The notes under the pieces are model-generated. The model did not search any database. It saw nothing but the letters and a program-made list of their open reading frames with translations, and was not told the origin of the DNA. DNA of 61,450 bases from Betaproteobacteria bacterium. Lineage in GTDB: Bacteria > Pseudomonadota > Gammaproteobacteria > Burkholderiales > SG8-41. The stretch lies in the NCBI GenBank assembly GCA_016202605.1, contig JACQOJ010000145.1, positions 1-61,450 of the forward strand, given 5' to 3'. Every line of letters starts with the position of its first letter. Position 1 is the stretch's first letter. Shown here piece by piece: positions 47,973 through 58,956 of this stretch. Position numbers and translations under genes: made by a program.

Positions 47973-48956
47973 ATGAAAGTGATCTGGGCGGCCATTTTTC
48001 TCGGGTTGTCGGCCGCCAACCCCGCGCTGGCGGATGGCGTGGATCCGGAGCAGGGACTGAGCTGGCTGAGGAAGATGATCGACGCATCCAATCAGATCAA
48101 CTACCGCGGGACCTTCGTCTACCAGAACCGCCACACATCCGAGACTTCGCGCATCGTCCATTACGTGAATCCGGCCGGCGGCGTTTTCGAGAAACTCGAA
48201 GCGCTCGACGGCCCTGCGCGCGAGGTGATCAGGACCAACGACCAGGTCACCTGCTATCTGCCCGCGACCAAGACCGTTCTCATTGAACAGCGCAACGCGC
48301 GACTGCTGCCGGCGCTTCTGCCTGAGAGCCTCAGCGGAATCACGGGAAGCTACATCGTAAGTACGGGCGGCCGCGACCGGGTTGCGGGTCATGAATGCCA
48401 GGTCGTCACCCTGGAACCGAAAGACAGCCTGCGTTACGGGCGTCAATTCTGCGTGGAGACCCGATCCGGTTTGCCGTTGAGGGTCCGCACCTACAGCGAA
48501 AAAAAGGATCACGTGGAGTTGTTTGCGTTCACGCAACTGGCGATCGGTGGCGGTTTCAATCGCGACCGGGTCAAGTCGAAATACGCGGCGAAGAGCAGGA
48601 ATTGGCGCGTCGACCGCTCGGCGCTGGATACCAACGAACGGCAGGTCGACACCGGATGGATAGTGAATAATCAGCCTCCGGGTTTCAGGAAGCTGACCGA
48701 GGTGAGGCGTTCGATTGCCGGGCGCGCCGGCGCCGTAGCGCAGATCGTGTTTTCGGATGGTCTGGCGGCCATCTCGGTGTTCATCGAGCCCATGCCGAAA
48801 GAGCGCCCGGTCCAGGCTCTGACTCACAATGGCGCCGTGAATATCTATACGCTCTCGCTTGCCGACCACATGGTGACGGTGCTGGGAGAGGCTCCCGCGG
48901 CTACCGTGATGCAGATCGCGAATTCACTGGAACTCAGGACCGCCGCCGCCAGGTAA
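47973..48956 (+). CDS. rseB: Periplasmic regulator RseB/MucB
   Basis: Signal peptide, NYRGTFVY, LDGPAREVIR, FSDGLAAISVFIEP and VLGEAP motifs. Confidence 0.92.
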   Translation: MKVIWAAIFLGLSAANPALADGVDPEQGLSWLRKMIDASNQINYRGTFVYQNRHTSETSRIVHYVNPAGGVFEKLEALDGPAREVIRTNDQVTCYLPATKTVLIEQRNARLLPALLPESLSGITGSYIVSTGGRDRVAGHECQVVTLEPKDSLRYGRQFCVETRSGLPLRVRTYSEKKDHVELFAFTQLAIGGGFNRDRVKSKYAAKSRNWRVDRSALDTNERQVDTGWIVNNQPPGFRKLTEVRRSIAGRAGAVAQIVFSDGLAAISVFIEPMPKERPVQALTHNGAVNIYTLSLADHMVTVLGEAPAATVMQIANSLELRTAAAR

Positions 48957-49010
48957 GGGTGTGGCAAACGCAATTTCCGAAAAAATTCCCGCAGTCAAGA
49001 GGTTAGTTGG

Positions 49011-50387
49011 ATGCTAAGACGATTGGTTTTTGCAGTGTGCTTCGTGCTGTCCGTTTCGGCCGCGGCGCAGCTTCCCGATTTCACGGAACTCGTGGAAAAA
49101 CAAGGGCCGGCCGTAGTCAACATCAGCACGACTCAGTCGGTCAGGAACCCCCTGATTCCGCAGATCCCGAATCTCCAGGAGGATGATCCGTTCTACGAAT
49201 TTTTCCGCCGTTTCATCCCCAGTCCGGGACCGCGCGAGTTCCAGTCGCAGTCGCTCGGCTCGGGCTTCATCATCAGCACGGAGGGCTACATTCTGACCAA
49301 CGCGCACGTGGTGGATGCCGCCGACGAGGTGACCGTCAAGCTGAACGACAAGCGGGAATTCAAGGCGAAGGTGATCGGCGCCGACCGCCGCACTGACGTC
49401 GCGCTGCTCAAGATTGACGCGAGCGGGCTGCAAGCGGTGCGGTTTGGCGATCCCAACCGGCTCAAGGTCGGCGAATGGGTGGTGGCCATCGGCTCGCCGT
49501 TCGGTTTCGAGAATACCGTGACCGCGGGCATCGTCAGCGCCAAGGGGCGTTCGCTGCCACAGGAGAACTTCGTGCCGTTCATTCAGACGGATGTCGCGGT
49601 CAATCCCGGCAACTCGGGAGGGCCGCTGTTCAATCTGAAGGGCGACGTGGTCGGCATCAATTCACAGATTTACAGCCGTACCGGCGGATTCATGGGCCTG
49701 TCGTTTGCCATTCCGATCGATGTCGCCAACGACATTGCGCAACAGTTGCGGTCCACGGGCAAGGTCACGCGCGGGCGCATCGGCGTGGTCATTCAACCGA
49801 TTACCAAGGAGCTCGCGGAGTCGTTCGGTCTGCCGAAACCCGCCGGTGCGCTCGTGAATTCGGTGGAGAAGGGCGGACCCGCGGACAAGGCGGGCATCGA
49901 GTCGGGGGACGTCATTCTGAGGTTCGACGGCAAACCGGTGAATTCCTCGGAGGATTTGCCGCGCATCGTCGGTAATACGCGTCCCGGCGCCCGGGTCGCG
50001 GTCCAGGTCTGGCGCAACAAGGCGTCGCGCGAGGCGCAGGTAGTCGTGGCCGAGCTGCAGGACGACCGTGCGACGCGGCAGTCGCGGCGCGGCGGCAAGC
50101 CCCCCGCGACGAGTCAATACGGGATGGCGCTGGCGGACTTGACCGAGGCGCAGCGCAGGGAGCTGAAGGTCGAGGGCGGCGTGCTGGTGGAAAACTCCCA
50201 GGGCGCCGCGGCCCGGGCCGGGATCCGCCGCGGCGATGTCATTCTTGCGGTTAACAATCAGGACGTGAAATCCGTCGATCAATTCCGCGAGCTCATGAAC
50301 CAGTTCGACAAGGGCCGTATCGTGGCGCTCCTCGTCCGGCGTGGTTCCAACTCGCTGTATATCCCGTTCAGAGTCGATGGCAACTGA
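49011..50387 (+). CDS. degP: DegP/DegQ/MucD serine protease with two PDZ domains
   Basis: [20 protein letters not shown] and NPGNSGGPL catalytic triad motifs. Confidence 0.93.
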   Translation: MLRRLVFAVCFVLSVSAAAQLPDFTELVEKQGPAVVNISTTQSVRNPLIPQIPNLQEDDPFYEFFRRFIPSPGPREFQSQSLGSGFIISTEGYILTNAHVVDAADEVTVKLNDKREFKAKVIGADRRTDVALLKIDASGLQAVRFGDPNRLKVGEWVVAIGSPFGFENTVTAGIVSAKGRSLPQENFVPFIQTDVAVNPGNSGGPLFNLKGDVVGINSQIYSRTGGFMGLSFAIPIDVANDIAQQLRSTGKVTRGRIGVVIQPITKELAESFGLPKPAGALVNSVEKGGPADKAGIESGDVILRFDGKPVNSSEDLPRIVGNTRPGARVAVQVWRNKASREAQVVVAELQDDRATRQSRRGGKPPATSQYGMALADLTEAQRRELKVEGGVLVENSQGAAARAGIRRGDVILAVNNQDVKSVDQFRELMNQFDKGRIVALLVRRGSNSLYIPFRVDGN

Positions 50388-50474
50388 CGCCTTGCCGCGG
50401 CTCAAGCGCAAGCGTCGCCAATTTACTGCATTGCCGGCGGAAATCCGATAAAATACAACGTTTTCACCGGCGAC

Positions 50475-50500
50475 AAGGGCGCTGCACAGCGCCCTTTTCT
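50475..50500 (+). terminator. Terminator-like hairpin immediately upstream of the lepA start codon
   Basis: AAGGGCGCT-GCAC-AGCGCCCTT followed by TTCT and then ATG 50501. Confidence 0.6.
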
Positions 50501-52291
50501 ATGCAACGGATCCGCAACTTTTCCATCATCGCCCACATCGATCACGGCAAGTCGACGCTCGCCGATCGTTTCATTCAGTTATGCGGCGGGTTGTCCGATC
50601 GCGAAATGGGAGAGCAGGTCCTGGATTCGATGGACCTGGAGCGGGAGCGTGGAATCACGATCAAGGCGCAGACGGCAGCGCTCGAGTATCGGGCACGCGA
50701 TGGGCGCACGTATTCCCTGAACCTGATCGATACGCCGGGGCATGTGGATTTCTCCTATGAGGTCTCGCGCTCGCTCGCCGCGTGTGAGGGCGCCTTGCTG
50801 GTGGTCGATGCCTCGCAGGGTGTCGAGGCACAAACGGTGGCCAACTGCTACACGGCGATCGAACAGGGTGTTGAAGTGGTTCCGGTGCTCAACAAGATGG
50901 ATCTTCCGCAGGCCGACCCTGAACGCGTGATCGCCGACATCGAGGAAATCATCGGCATCCCGGCGCGGGACGCGCTCAAGGTCAGCGCCAAGACCGGGGA
51001 AGGGGTGTCGGACATCCTCGAGGCGGTCATTCGCCGGATTCCGCCGCCGCGGGGGAATCCGCAGAGCCCCCTGAAAGCGCTGATCATCGACTCCTGGTTC
51101 GACAATTACGTGGGGGTCGTGATGCTGGTGCGCGTGGTCGATGGCGAGCTGCGGCCCAAGGACCGTGTGCTGCTGATGTCGGCGCAGGCGAGCTATCTTT
51201 GCGAGCAGGTGGGAAAGTTCACGCCGAAGTCGAAGTCCCGCGACTGCCTCGGCGCCGGGGAAGTCGGATTTGTCATCGCCGGTATCAAGGAACTCAAGGC
51301 CGCACGCGTCGGGGACACTTTGACACTGGCCGAGCGTCCGGCCGCCGCACCGCTGCCCGGCTTCAAGGAGATCAAACCGCAGGTTTTTGCCGGGCTCTAT
51401 CCGGTGGATTCGAGCGACTACGACGCATTGCGTGACGCGCTCGAAAAGCTCCACCTCAACGATGCCTCGCTCAGGTTCGAACCGGAGTCGTCACAGGCGC
51501 TCGGATTCGGATTCCGCTGCGGCTTCCTCGGGCTGCTGCACATGGACATCGTCCAGGAGCGTCTGGAGCGCGAGTACAACATGGCGCTCATCACGACCGC
51601 GCCGACGGTGGTTTACCAGATTGCGCTGCGCGACGGCTCGGTGGTGGAAATCGAGAATCCATCCCGCCTGCCCGATCCTTCGAAAATCCTTGAAATCCGG
51701 GAGCCGATCATCAAGGCATCGATCCTCGTGCCGCAGGACTACGTGGGCCCGGTGATGACCCTGTGCACGCAGAAGCGCGGCGCCCGGCGCAACATGCAAT
51801 ATCTCGGGAGGCAGGTGATGCTCACGTACGAACTGGCGCTCAATGAAGTGGTGATGGATTTTTTTGACAGACTGAAGTCGGTTTCGCGCGGTTATGCTTC
51901 CCTCGACTACGATTTTCTGGAATATCGGGCCGGGGATCTGGTCAAACTGGACATCCTGATAAACGGCGACCGGGTGGACGCGCTGTCGCTGATCGTGCAT
52001 CGCGACAACGCACAGTACCGGGGACGTGAAATCGCGGCGCGGATGCGCGAATTGATTCCAAGGCAGATGTTCGACGTCGCCGTGCAGGCGGCGATCGGCT
52101 CCCAGATCATCGCGCGCGAAACGGTGAAGGCGCTGCGCAAGAACGTGCTTGCCAAGTGCTACGGAGGCGACATCACGCGCAAGAAAAAGCTGCTGGAAAA
52201 GCAGAAAGCGGGCAAGAAACGCATGAAGCAGGTGGGCAGCGTGGAGATCCCCCAGGAAGCCTTTCTCGCGATCCTTCAGGTTGAAAAATGA
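50501..52291 (+). CDS. lepA: Elongation factor 4 (LepA)
   Basis: [27 protein letters not shown] and [10 protein letters not shown] motifs. Confidence 0.98.
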   Translation: MQRIRNFSIIAHIDHGKSTLADRFIQLCGGLSDREMGEQVLDSMDLERERGITIKAQTAALEYRARDGRTYSLNLIDTPGHVDFSYEVSRSLAACEGALLVVDASQGVEAQTVANCYTAIEQGVEVVPVLNKMDLPQADPERVIADIEEIIGIPARDALKVSAKTGEGVSDILEAVIRRIPPPRGNPQSPLKALIIDSWFDNYVGVVMLVRVVDGELRPKDRVLLMSAQASYLCEQVGKFTPKSKSRDCLGAGEVGFVIAGIKELKAARVGDTLTLAERPAAAPLPGFKEIKPQVFAGLYPVDSSDYDALRDALEKLHLNDASLRFEPESSQALGFGFRCGFLGLLHMDIVQERLEREYNMALITTAPTVVYQIALRDGSVVEIENPSRLPDPSKILEIREPIIKASILVPQDYVGPVMTLCTQKRGARRNMQYLGRQVMLTYELALNEVVMDFFDRLKSVSRGYASLDYDFLEYRAGDLVKLDILINGDRVDALSLIVHRDNAQYRGREIAARMRELIPRQMFDVAVQAAIGSQIIARETVKALRKNVLAKCYGGDITRKKKLLEKQKAGKKRMKQVGSVEIPQEAFLAILQVEK

Positions 52292-52375
52292 TGGTAACGG
52301 GCAATGGGCGATGAATAAACACGAACGACCTGCCGCAGGCGTAGCCACCCGTCACCCGTCACCCGTCACCCATCA
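52289..52375. repeat. Inverted pair of 7-nt repeat arrays between lepA and lepB
   Basis: Left arm TGATGG TAACGGG CAATGGG CGATGAA from the lepA stop. Right arm CCCGTCA x3 + CCCATCA (52348-52375). Confidence 0.8.
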
Positions 52376-52390
52376 CGAAAAGGACCGGTA

Positions 52391-53194
52391 GTGAACTTCG
52401 CGCTGGTGATGTTTCTGCTGCTGGTGGCCACGGGCGCAATCTGGCTGCTCGACCATTTCGTGCTGAGACGCGCCCGCGATCCGGGTCGCGCCGAGCCGTG
52501 GTGGGTCGAATATCCGAAGAGTTTCTTCCCGGTGATCCTCGTCGTGTTTCTGCTGCGTTCCTTCCTCGTCGAGCCGTTCAAGATTCCCTCGGGCTCGATG
52601 CTGCCGACGCTGCTGGTCGGGGATTTCATCCTGGTCAACAAGTTCACTTACGGCATCCGCCTTCCGATCGTCAACGTCAAGCTGATCGACATCAATCGGC
52701 CCGGGAGAGGGGAGGTCATGGTATTCCGTTATCCGGAAAATCCGTCCCTGGATTACATCAAGCGCGTGGTCGGGCTGCCGGGAGACAGGATCACTTACCG
52801 CAACAAGAGGCTTTCCATAAACGGCGACGAAATCGTCAGTGCTCCGGCCGGCGAGTACAACTACGTCGAGACCGGGCTGAACTTCGTCTCCGCCCTGCGC
52901 TTCATCGAGCGACTGGGCGATCGCCAGCACGCGATCCTGGTGCAGGCCGATACGCCCAGCGTCCAGCTGTCCGGGGTGCGGTTGTTTCCATTCCGCGACA
53001 ATTGTGCCTACAATGATGCCGGGTTTACGTGCACGGTACCGCCGGGGCATTACTTCCTGATGGGCGACAACCGCGACAGCAGCAGCGACAGCCGCTACTG
53101 GGGCTTCGTGCCGGAGGAAAACATCGTCGGCAAGGCGTTTCTCATCTGGTGGAATTTCGACGATTTCAAGCGGATCGGTCGAACGATCAACTGA
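52391..53194 (+). CDS. lepB: Signal peptidase I
   Basis: EPFKIPSGSMLPTL, DYIKRVVGLPGD and MGDNRDSSSDSRYWGFVP motifs. Confidence 0.97.
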   Translation: MNFALVMFLLLVATGAIWLLDHFVLRRARDPGRAEPWWVEYPKSFFPVILVVFLLRSFLVEPFKIPSGSMLPTLLVGDFILVNKFTYGIRLPIVNVKLIDINRPGRGEVMVFRYPENPSLDYIKRVVGLPGDRITYRNKRLSINGDEIVSAPAGEYNYVETGLNFVSALRFIERLGDRQHAILVQADTPSVQLSGVRLFPFRDNCAYNDAGFTCTVPPGHYFLMGDNRDSSSDSRYWGFVPEENIVGKAFLIWWNFDDFKRIGRTIN

Positions 53195-53205
53195 GGGGAA
53201 GGATC

Positions 53206-53568
53206 ATGCGCAAGCAGCGAGGTTTGACCATGACGGGTTTCATCACCTGGGCGGTGGTGTTCATCTTCGTGGCATTGTTCGGCTTCAAGGTGGGCCCCGC
53301 GTACGTGGAGTATTACGCGATTGAAAAACAGCTCACGATTATCGCCAACGACCCGGAAATCCTGCGCACCCCTACGCGAGGCGCAGTGGAAACCGCATAC
53401 GCCCGCCGCACGTCGATCGAGGACATCCGGGCGGTGGGGCCTTCCGATCTGCTGATTGAGAAGGACGGCGACAAGCTGGTGATCAGTGCCGACTATTCGG
53501 TTCGCGTTCCCCTGGTTGGCAACATGAGTGCCTGCCTGGATTTTCATGCGACTTCGGACAAGAAGTAA
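53206..53568 (+). CDS. DUF4845-type membrane protein with pilin-like N-terminus
   Basis: MRKQRGLTM followed by a hydrophobic helix; C-terminal Y.VRVPLVGN...LDF; conserved lepB-X-rnc slot. Confidence 0.8.
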   Translation: MRKQRGLTMTGFITWAVVFIFVALFGFKVGPAYVEYYAIEKQLTIIANDPEILRTPTRGAVETAYARRTSIEDIRAVGPSDLLIEKDGDKLVISADYSVRVPLVGNMSACLDFHATSDKK

Positions 53569-53592
53569 CGGGGGATTGCGTCGTTACAGGTA

Positions 53593-54264
53593 ATGGATTT
53601 CGAGGGATTCCATTCTCTCCTCGGCTACCGGTTCCACGATCCCGACCTGCTGCGCCGGGCGTTGACTCACCGCAGCCGAAGCAGCGCCCACAACGAACGT
53701 CTCGAGTATCTCGGCGACAGCGCGTTGAACTGTGTTGTCGCGCTGGAGCTCTATCACAGGTTCCCGCAGCTTACGGAAGGCGAATTGTCGCGGCTGCGCG
53801 CAAACCTCGTCAATCAGCAGTCCCTCTTTGGTGTCGCCCGCCGATGCGGATTCGGCGAGCAGATCCTGCTGGGTGAGGGCGAGATCAGGAGCGGGGGGGC
53901 GCGCCGGCCGTCCATTCTTGCCGACGCCGTCGAGGCGGTCGTCGGGGCCGCGTTGCTCGACGGTGGATTCGAAGCCGCCCGCAACGTGGTGCGTACGCTG
54001 TTTGCCGGCGAACTGGCGACGGTCGATCCGCGAACCACCGGCAAGGACCCGAAGACGCTGCTGCAGGAATATCTTCAAGGCCGGCGCATGCCCTTGCCTG
54101 AGTACACGATAGTGCAAACGCGCGGTGAGGCGCACGAGCACGTGTTTCAGGTCGAATGCGTGATTCCCGATCTCAACATCCGGTCACTGGGCGAGGGAAG
54201 CAGCCGGCGCAACGCCGAGCAGAACGCGGCGCGTAAGGCGTACGAACTTGCAGTCCGCGAGTAA
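53593..54264 (+). CDS. rnc: Ribonuclease III
   Basis: ALTHRS, NERLEYLGD, LADAVEA and dsRBD DPKTLLQEYLQ motifs. Confidence 0.97.
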   Translation: MDFEGFHSLLGYRFHDPDLLRRALTHRSRSSAHNERLEYLGDSALNCVVALELYHRFPQLTEGELSRLRANLVNQQSLFGVARRCGFGEQILLGEGEIRSGGARRPSILADAVEAVVGAALLDGGFEAARNVVRTLFAGELATVDPRTTGKDPKTLLQEYLQGRRMPLPEYTIVQTRGEAHEHVFQVECVIPDLNIRSLGEGSSRRNAEQNAARKAYELAVRE

Positions 54265-55156
54265 GCCCGCTCACCGGGCGGGATACGTGGCGATCGTCGG
54301 GCGGCCCAACGTCGGGAAGTCCACCCTGCTCAACAGGCTCGTGGGGCAGAAGATAAGCATTACCTCCCGCAAACCCCAGACTACGCGGCAGCGGATTACC
54401 GGCATCCTCACTCGAGAGGACGCGCAACTCGTCTTCCTCGACACCCCGGGCTTCCAGACCCGGCACAGGACGGCGCTTCACCGCCTCATGAGCCGCAGCG
54501 TGACCCGCAGCCTGCATGAAGTCGATGTGGTGCTGCTGGTGCTCGAGGCGCCGAAACTCGATGACCGCGACGCAGCGCTCCTGCGGTTGTTGCCGGCAGG
54601 GAAGCCGCTGGTCGTGGCCGTGAACAAAATCGACCGATTGCGCGACAAGACCCGGCTGCTGCCCTTCATCAGGCAGTTGCACGACCGCTCCGGGGGCGCG
54701 GCGATCGTCCCGGTTTCCGCGCAGACGGGGTCGGGGCTGGATGACCTGTTGAACGCGGTCGTGCCCCTGCTGCCGGTTGCGCTGCGGCTTTTCGACGAGG
54801 ACGACATCACCAGCCTGAGCGAGCGCTTTCTTGCAGCGGAGCTGATTCGGGAAAAGCTGTTCCGCCTGCTCGGCGACGAGTTGCCGTACGCCATGGCCGT
54901 CAATATCGAGCGCTTCGAGCACCATGGCACCCTGCGCCGGATCTACGCGGAAATCGTCGTCGACAGGAACAGCCACAAGCCGATGGTGATCGGGAAAAAC
55001 GGGGAAAAGCTCAAGACGGTCGCCTCCCGGGCCCGGGCCGACATGGAGGCCCTTTTCGGCGGCAAGGTTTTCCTCGAGGTATGGGTGAAGGTGAGAAAAG
55101 GATGGGCGGACGACGAAAGAACGTTGCGGCGCATGGGATACGAGGCGGCGGGATGA
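54248..55156 (+). CDS. era: GTPase Era
   Basis: GRPNVGKSTL, DTPG, NKID, ELPY and KH-domain VIGKNG motifs. TTG start inside rnc, so the start is uncertain. Confidence 0.95.
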   Translation: MQSASKPAHRAGYVAIVGRPNVGKSTLLNRLVGQKISITSRKPQTTRQRITGILTREDAQLVFLDTPGFQTRHRTALHRLMSRSVTRSLHEVDVVLLVLEAPKLDDRDAALLRLLPAGKPLVVAVNKIDRLRDKTRLLPFIRQLHDRSGGAAIVPVSAQTGSGLDDLLNAVVPLLPVALRLFDEDDITSLSERFLAAELIREKLFRLLGDELPYAMAVNIERFEHHGTLRRIYAEIVVDRNSHKPMVIGKNGEKLKTVASRARADMEALFGGKVFLEVWVKVRKGWADDERTLRRMGYEAAG

Positions 55157-55262
55157 CTTGCGGAGACGGAAAACCGCGCACTGCGGGGCTACGCCGGCGC
55201 GACGCCCTTTTTCCCGAGCGCCGCCGGTCATGCCGCGCGCTTCGCGAAGGGGCGGGGCGGGG

Positions 55263-55994
55263 ATGAAGGGGGGCGGCGCATCGCGCCAGGACGGGCAACC
55301 CGGATTCGTGTTGCACAGCCATGCCTTTCGCGAGAGCAGCCTGATCGTGGAAACCTTCACCCGCGATTGCGGGCGGGTGGCCCTGGTGGCGCGGGCCGCG
55401 CGACGGCCCAAATCGGTGCTGAGGGGCGTGCTGCGCGCGTTCCAGCCGCTGTTGCTCTCGTGGGCCGGGAAGAGCGAGCTGCGCACGCTTCACAAGGCGG
55501 AATGGCAGGGCGCTTACGCGCCGCTCAAGGGCCTGTCGCTCATCTGCGGCTTCTATCTCAACGAGTTGCTGCTGAAACTCCTGCCCCGCGATGATCCCCA
55601 TGACCGGCTGTATGCGGCGTACCAATCCACGCTCGAGGCGCTGGCCGCGGGCCGCGAACACGAGGCCGCGCTGCGGCGTTTCGAAAAGAGCCTGCTCGAC
55701 GAACTGGGCTACGGGCTGATTCTCGACCGTGACGCCGAAACCGGCGCCCCCATCGTCGAAGAGCAGCGTTATACCTATGTCATCGAGCGCGGTCCGGTCC
55801 TGCGGTGCGGTGAGGACATTCAAAACGGGGTAGAATTGACCGGCCAGACGCTGATCGATCTGCAATTCGACAATTATTCAAGCGCCGTCACCCAGCAGCA
55901 GAGCAAGGCACTGATGCGCGCGCTGATCAATCACTGCCTCGGCAGGCAGGCACTGTACACGCGGCAGTTGCTGCGGGACCTTCAGGCATTATGA
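55263..55994 (+). CDS. recO: DNA repair protein RecO
   Basis: [27 protein letters not shown] and LRRFE..LL.ELGY motifs. Start re-assigned to ATG 55263. Confidence 0.93.
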   Translation: MKGGGASRQDGQPGFVLHSHAFRESSLIVETFTRDCGRVALVARAARRPKSVLRGVLRAFQPLLLSWAGKSELRTLHKAEWQGAYAPLKGLSLICGFYLNELLLKLLPRDDPHDRLYAAYQSTLEALAAGREHEAALRRFEKSLLDELGYGLILDRDAETGAPIVEEQRYTYVIERGPVLRCGEDIQNGVELTGQTLIDLQFDNYSSAVTQQQSKALMRALINHCLGRQALYTRQLLRDLQAL

Positions 55995-56713
55995 TTCTGC
56001 TGGGCGTCAACATCGACCACGTGGCCACGCTCCGCCAGGCGCGCGGGACGCGCTATCCAAGCCCGGTTGAAGCGGCGCTCGCCGCCGAGACGGCAGGCGC
56101 GGACTACATTACGCTGCACCTGCGTGAAGACCGCAGGCATGTCCAGGAGCGGGACGTCGAAGCGTTGCGGCACACACTCAAGACGTACATGAACCTGGAG
56201 GCGGCGGTCACGGACGAAATGATCACGTTCGCGCGGCGCGTCAGACCCCGCGACGTCTGTCTGGTGCCGGAAAAGCGTTCAGAACTGACGACCGAAGGCG
56301 GTCTCGACGTCAAGGGCCACTTCGAGCGGATCAGGCAGGCGGTTCATGATCTCGCGGCGGACAGGATACGCGTCTCGCTGTTTATCGATGCCGATCCCCT
56401 GCAGATAGATGCTGCACGCGAAACCGGTGCTCCGGTTATTGAACTGCACACCGGGCGTTACGCCGACGCGGAAGCGGGAAGCGCGCAGGAGAAGGAGCTG
56501 GAAAAGATCCGCGCCGCCGCCGAATATGCCGCGAAAAAAGGGCTGCATGTCAACGCCGGGCATGGCCTCAATTACCACAACGTCCGGGCGGTCGCGGGCA
56601 TCCCCCGAATCCGCGAACTCAACATCGGGCATGCGATCGTCGCGCACGCGCTGATGGTCGGGTTTGCACAGGCGGTGCGCGAGATGAAGGCCCTCATGAA
56701 TTCCGCACGATGA
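55991..56713 (+). CDS. pdxJ: Pyridoxine 5'-phosphate synthase
   Basis: [38 protein letters not shown] and ELNIGH motifs. Confidence 0.97.
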   Translation: MILLGVNIDHVATLRQARGTRYPSPVEAALAAETAGADYITLHLREDRRHVQERDVEALRHTLKTYMNLEAAVTDEMITFARRVRPRDVCLVPEKRSELTTEGGLDVKGHFERIRQAVHDLAADRIRVSLFIDADPLQIDAARETGAPVIELHTGRYADAEAGSAQEKELEKIRAAAEYAAKKGLHVNAGHGLNYHNVRAVAGIPRIRELNIGHAIVAHALMVGFAQAVREMKALMNSAR

Positions 56714-57087
56714 TCTACGGCATTGGCATCGACGTGATCGAGCCCCGGCGCGTGGCTCGACTGATGGAAAAGTACGGGGACCGGTTCGCAAAGCGGGTGC
56801 TGACGCCGCTCGAATGGCCGGCCTATGTCGGGGCTGCGCGGCCGGTGCTGTTCATCGCCAATCGCTTTGCCGCGAAGGAAGCGTTTTCCAAGGCGATGGG
56901 AACCGGCTTCCGTTACCCGGTGACGCTGCAATGCATCAGCGTGGTGCAGAACCGGGCGGGAAAACCGGGCTTCGCATTTCATCCCAGCCTCGAACGGCTG
57001 GTGGCGGACCGCGGCATCGTCGGTCACCACGTGACGATCAGCGACGAAGCCAGTCTTGCCTGCGCATGCGTCGTGCTCGAGACATGA
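56710..57087 (+). CDS. acpS: Holo-ACP synthase
   Basis: [23 protein letters not shown] and GKP motifs. Confidence 0.95.
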   Translation: MIYGIGIDVIEPRRVARLMEKYGDRFAKRVLTPLEWPAYVGAARPVLFIANRFAAKEAFSKAMGTGFRYPVTLQCISVVQNRAGKPGFAFHPSLERLVADRGIVGHHVTISDEASLACACVVLET

Positions 57088-58151
57088 GCGACAAGACGAC
57101 CCCGCTCGGCCCGGTCATGCTCGACATCGAAGGCCCCGAACTTACGGCCGGCGACCGGCGTCGTCTGCTTCATCCGACGGCCGGGGGCATGATCCTGTTC
57201 ACGCGGAACTACGAGTCTCCGGAACAGCTTGCGCGCCTGACATCGGAGGTCCATGCGCTGCGTCATCCGGCGTTGCTCATCGCCGTCGACCATGAAGGCG
57301 GAAGAGTGCAGCGCTTCCGGCAGGGCTTTACGGCGATACCTCCCATGCGCGAGCTGGGCAGGATCTGGGACGTGGATTCGCATCGCGCCGGACGACTCGC
57401 TCACGACGTGGGACTGGTGCTTGCCGCCGAGTTGCGGGCGCATGGGGTCGATTTCAGTTTCGCCCCCGTCCTCGATGTCGACCATGGCGTGAGCGGAGTG
57501 ATCGGGGACCGGGCGTTTCACTCCGATCCGAAGGTCATCGCGGAGCTTGCGCGCGCGCTCGCCAGGGGATTCAGGCTGGGGGGCATGGGTGCCGTGGGGA
57601 AGCACTTTCCCGGTCATGGCCATGTGCCCGCCGATTCCCACCTTGAGGTTCCGGTGGACGACCGTCCGTTCACCGAGATCGAGGAGCACGATCTGGTGCC
57701 GTTCCGCCGCCTGATCCGCGATGGCCTGGCGGGCATCATGCCCGCGCACGTGATCTACCCCCGCGTGGACCGTCGCCCTGCGGGTTTCTCCGCGACGTGG
57801 CTGAAAAAGATCCTGCGCGGCGATCTCGGGTTCGACGGTGTCGTCTTCAGCGACGACCTCAGCATGGAGGGGGCAAAGGTGGCAGGCGGGGTCGTCGAGC
57901 GGGCTGAGGCTGCTTTGGAGGCCGGGTGCGACATGCTGCTTCTGTGCAACGACCCGGACGGAGTGGACCGGCTGCTCGGCGGTCTTGACCACGCGATGTC
58001 TCCGGTCAGCCTGGCGCGGCTCGCCCGGATGCATGGCAGGCAGCCGGTCCGCGACATGGTCAAGCTGAGGGGGGACACGAATTACATGAACGCGTTACAT
58101 GCGATCTCCGGCATCGGCATGAAAAGCGGAGACCTGCCCCTCGGCCGATGA
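57084..58151 (+). CDS. nagZ: Beta-N-acetylhexosaminidase (GH3)
   Basis: ILFTRN, AVDHEGGRVQR, KHFPGHG..ADSH and FSDDLSM motifs. ATG 57084 overlaps the acpS stop. Confidence 0.95.
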   Translation: MSDKTTPLGPVMLDIEGPELTAGDRRRLLHPTAGGMILFTRNYESPEQLARLTSEVHALRHPALLIAVDHEGGRVQRFRQGFTAIPPMRELGRIWDVDSHRAGRLAHDVGLVLAAELRAHGVDFSFAPVLDVDHGVSGVIGDRAFHSDPKVIAELARALARGFRLGGMGAVGKHFPGHGHVPADSHLEVPVDDRPFTEIEEHDLVPFRRLIRDGLAGIMPAHVIYPRVDRRPAGFSATWLKKILRGDLGFDGVVFSDDLSMEGAKVAGGVVERAEAALEAGCDMLLLCNDPDGVDRLLGGLDHAMSPVSLARLARMHGRQPVRDMVKLRGDTNYMNALHAISGIGMKSGDLPLGR

Positions 58152-58255
58152 CGCCGTGGCCGTTCACCGTCATCGCTTTCCGGGCAAGTCCGCGCCGGCG
58201 GCGGCTCTGGCGGCTACCGTGGTCTGCGCGTTGATCGAACCGCCGCGCGCCCGGC

Positions 58256-58909
58256 ATGCAGATGGCCGGTGATGCGGGGAGGTTTTCGACCGCGTGCCGC
58301 CGCTGCCGGCGTCTGGCGCGGCACCTGGAGGCCGTGCGCGCCGATTTTCCGGAGTACCATGCGCGGCCGGTGGCGCCGTTCGGAGATGCGCGGCCGCGCC
58401 TGCTCATCGTCGGACTCGCGCCCGGGATGCACGGCGCCAACCGCACCGGCCGGCCGTTCACGGGGGACCATGCCGGAATCCTTCTTTACGATACCCTGCA
58501 CCGATTCGGATTCGCGAACCGGGCGCAAGCGACCGGGTGCGACGACGGATTGCGCCTGAGCGGATGCCGTATTACCAACGCGGTGAAATGCCTCCCTCCG
58601 GAAAACAAACCGAGGACCGACGAAATCAGGCGCTGCAACGCCTATCTCCGCCGGGAGATCGCCGGGCTTCCGGCCGCTGCGGTAATCCTCGCCCTGGGCA
58701 GTATTGCGCACCGGGCGGTACTGATGGCGCTGGATCTGAGTCCCGCGAGTTTCGTGTTCGGCCACGGCGCACGCCACGCGCTTCCCGACGGGCGCGTGCT
58801 CTACGATAGCTATCACTGCAGTCGTTATAATACGCAGACGAGACGTCTTACACCCGATATGTTCCGGGACGTTTTCTCCGCGATCTCCCGGTGTTTCGCG
58901 GCCTGCTGA
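58256..58909 (+). CDS. Uracil-DNA glycosylase, family 5-like ([4Fe-4S])
   Basis: CRRCRRL, GLAPG.HGANRTGRPFTGD, TNAVKCLPPENKP..EI..C and SYHCS.YNTQT motifs. Confidence 0.88.
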   Translation: MQMAGDAGRFSTACRRCRRLARHLEAVRADFPEYHARPVAPFGDARPRLLIVGLAPGMHGANRTGRPFTGDHAGILLYDTLHRFGFANRAQATGCDDGLRLSGCRITNAVKCLPPENKPRTDEIRRCNAYLRREIAGLPAAAVILALGSIAHRAVLMALDLSPASFVFGHGARHALPDGRVLYDSYHCSRYNTQTRRLTPDMFRDVFSAISRCFAAC

Positions 58910-58956
58910 ACGCGTTTGAACGGCCCCGGGCGCGAGCCAGGCGATAGCGGTTCACC

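Noticed and set aside
52348-52375. Short repeats considered as a CRISPR array
   Set aside because: The units are 7 nt and contiguous, with no spacers and no cas genes.
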